DNA of 64,000 nt from an uncultured Actinomycetes bacterium (GTDB lineage: Bacteria > Actinomycetota > Thermoleophilia > Gaiellales > JAICJC01), in contig CAWEIS010000028.1 of NCBI GenBank assembly GCA_963809205.1, positions 76,469 to 140,468 on the forward strand, in the 5' to 3' direction. The notes under the pieces are model-generated. The model was not told the origin of the DNA. It did no database searches and saw only the letters and a program-made list of their open reading frames with translations. This document shows, piece after piece, positions 62,510 to 64,000 of this stretch (positions within the stretch are counted from its first letter, which is position 1; every line of letters starts with the position of its first letter). The translations under genes and the position numbers were made by a program.

Positions 62510-63511
62510 TTAGTGGCAGGCTGTGGTCCCGGAATCGACGGTCGTCCCGTCGGTCGCTACCAACCTGTAGTCGTAGCTGTTGGGGTGAAGCGTCATGCGC
62601 AGGACGCCAAAGTGACGCCCAGGGTCGATCTTCTCAACCATCGCGAACTGATTGCTGATGACTCCGATGTTCTCGCCGCCCGTGCCGACGATGAACTGGC
62701 GTATGCCGTGAGCCTGGTCGATCGCCCCTCCGGTGGTCAGCGGCGCGAACCGGGCGTACGCGTGCTTATGCCCGTTGAGGATGACCTCCGCGCCCTCGGC
62801 TTCGAGCGCCTTCCACATCGGCCCCATCGAGCCGACCGGCCCATTCTTCTTTCCGTTGAAGCGCGGGTGATGCCAATAGGCGAGCGTGCACGGCGCATTC
62901 GATGCCGCGAGGTCATTCTTCAGCCAGGTTACCTGTGCACCACTTCCCTTACATGAGACGAACTTGCAGTTGCTGTTCAACACCACCATATGCCAGCTAC
63001 CGATGTCCCAGCTGTAGTACCCGCCGGGAGGCGCAACGTTCACGCTCGGAGAGGCTGCGAAGTACTGAAAGTATCCGCCGCCGCCACCCGGACATGAGAC
63101 GCCGAACGGGTCGGTTCCCGTGATGTATTCGTGGTTCCCCAGCGCCGGACGCGTGATCGTCTTGGCACGTCCCCAAGAGGGTGCGTAGGAGCCGAGGAAA
63201 TCGCCGTAACTGGCGCATTCGTACTGCAGATCACCCAGTGCGAGTACCCGGTCAACAGTCGAATCAGTGACGAAGATGTCGCTGGTTGATCGTTGTTGGC
63301 ACGAGGACGGCGCCCCCGCACCACCGTTGAAATGCGGGTCGTTCGGACTGCACGCGATATCACCGGCTGCGACGATCACCGGATCGCCGCTCACCGGATC
63401 GGCCGCACGAGCATTGCCGCTCGCCACCCAGCAGGCGATGACAAAGGTCATCGCCACCAGCGTTATGACGCGTGCGCACCGCTTACGCCGACACGCCCAT
63501 GCAGTCCCCAT
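62510..63511 (-). CDS. Secreted calcineurin-like metallophosphoesterase (paralog 3 of 3)
   Basis: AGGAGG lies 7 nt before ATG 63511. Signal 'VITLVAMTFVIACWVASGNARA'. The same motif set; ends 'DSGTTACH'. Confidence 0.85.
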   Translation of the reverse strand: MGTAWACRRKRCARVITLVAMTFVIACWVASGNARAADPVSGDPVIVAAGDIACSPNDPHFNGGAGAPSSCQQRSTSDIFVTDSTVDRVLALGDLQYECASYGDFLGSYAPSWGRAKTITRPALGNHEYITGTDPFGVSCPGGGGGYFQYFAASPSVNVAPPGGYYSWDIGSWHMVVLNSNCKFVSCKGSGAQVTWLKNDLAASNAPCTLAYWHHPRFNGKKNGPVGSMGPMWKALEAEGAEVILNGHKHAYARFAPLTTGGAIDQAHGIRQFIVGTGGENIGVISNQFAMVEKIDPGRHFGVLRMTLHPNSYDYRLVATDGTTVDSGTTACH

Positions 63512-63749
63512 TCCGAACCTCCTGCCGATGCCCGGTCCGCGATCACCGTAGCACCGAACGACGGCGGTCGCAATCTGGACTCATGGCTCGCGGGCCACTG
63601 GCACCCCGTCTCACCATCGCAAAAACCGGGAAACCCTCGAGGAACCAGGGGCAACTGCTCGAACCGGCAGTTTTCCAGGCGATATGCAGGGCATCGCGGT
63701 TTGTCAAGTTCTGTTGCAAGTGGTACGAGAGAGGGCTACCATCGGATCA

Positions 63750-64000
63750 ATGCGACGCGTCGTGGTCGGTGTGGTGGTCGTCCTTACCGGGGCCGCTGTG
63801 CTCGCGATTCTGCTTGCGCTCAAACGTTCCGACCCACCGGTGCAGCCGGTGCCCGACCAAGTCTCTGACCCGCCCGATGATGCGCCCATCGCCGAGGTTG
63901 CCGACGTCCCAGACGACCCGCTGGAGCCCGCGCCGCAGGTAGAGCGGAACCTGACGTTGGTCAGCGACGGATCAGGGACGACGGCAGCGAGTCTCGACGA
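63750..64000 (+). CDS. Membrane-anchored Pro/Asp-rich protein, 3'-partial (runs off the window)
   Basis: ATG 63750 opens 'MRRVVVGVVVVLTGAAVLAILLALKRSDPPVQPVPDQVSDPPDD...' with no stop before nt 64000. It is not in the track because it has no stop. Confidence 0.5.
   Translation, partial: MRRVVVGVVVVLTGAAVLAILLALKRSDPPVQPVPDQVSDPPDDAPIAEVADVPDDPLEPAPQVERNLTLVSDGSGTTAASLD

Overview
This is a 64-kb, high-GC (about 70%) window that looks like actinobacterial-type chromosome; I cannot place the taxon. Strong GGAGG ribosome-binding sites, leaderless-looking starts and Tat/Sec signals are common. All calls below come from hand translation and motif recognition only. No database search was run.

Content, left to right:
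1. A two-component cassette (1-5563): GAF/HisKA_3 kinase, MMPL transporter, a perfect 56-bp palindrome, then a cyclase-REC-LuxR regulator.
2. A tRNA-rich stretch (tRNA-Leu, tRNA-His, tRNA-Arg) carrying a KAP-like P-loop NTPase, a beta-helix glycosidase-like protein and a YihY membrane protein.
3. A mosaic of lower-GC accessory DNA and gene wreckage (10.6-27.2 kb). It holds secreted hypotheticals, TfoX, an operon riddled with single-nucleotide frameshifts opposite an intact split ChrB pair, an ECF sigma factor, a 938-aa LAL-type LuxR regulator and an orphan HNH endonuclease.
4. An exported glycan-editing trio (27.2-31.7 kb): RTX-NodB deacetylase, glucuronyl C5-epimerase-like protein, sulfatase.
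5. Secreted phosphoesterases. Three diverged metallophosphoesterase paralogs each sit next to truncated genes.
6. A Tat ferritin-like protein with Ig-like secreted neighbours, an aquaporin, and envelope-polysaccharide genes (NodB, O-antigen-ligase-like, Wzz/BY-kinase-like, PAP2, LCP).
7. A complete activated-methyl-cycle cluster: ahcY, metK, a PfkB kinase, metH and a fused Hcy-methyltransferase/MTHFR.

No rRNA, CRISPR array or intact mobile element was seen. The candidates I rank highest for novelty are the glycan-editing trio, the palindrome-linked signalling cassette, the frameshift-dense operon and the junction-associated phosphoesterase paralogs.
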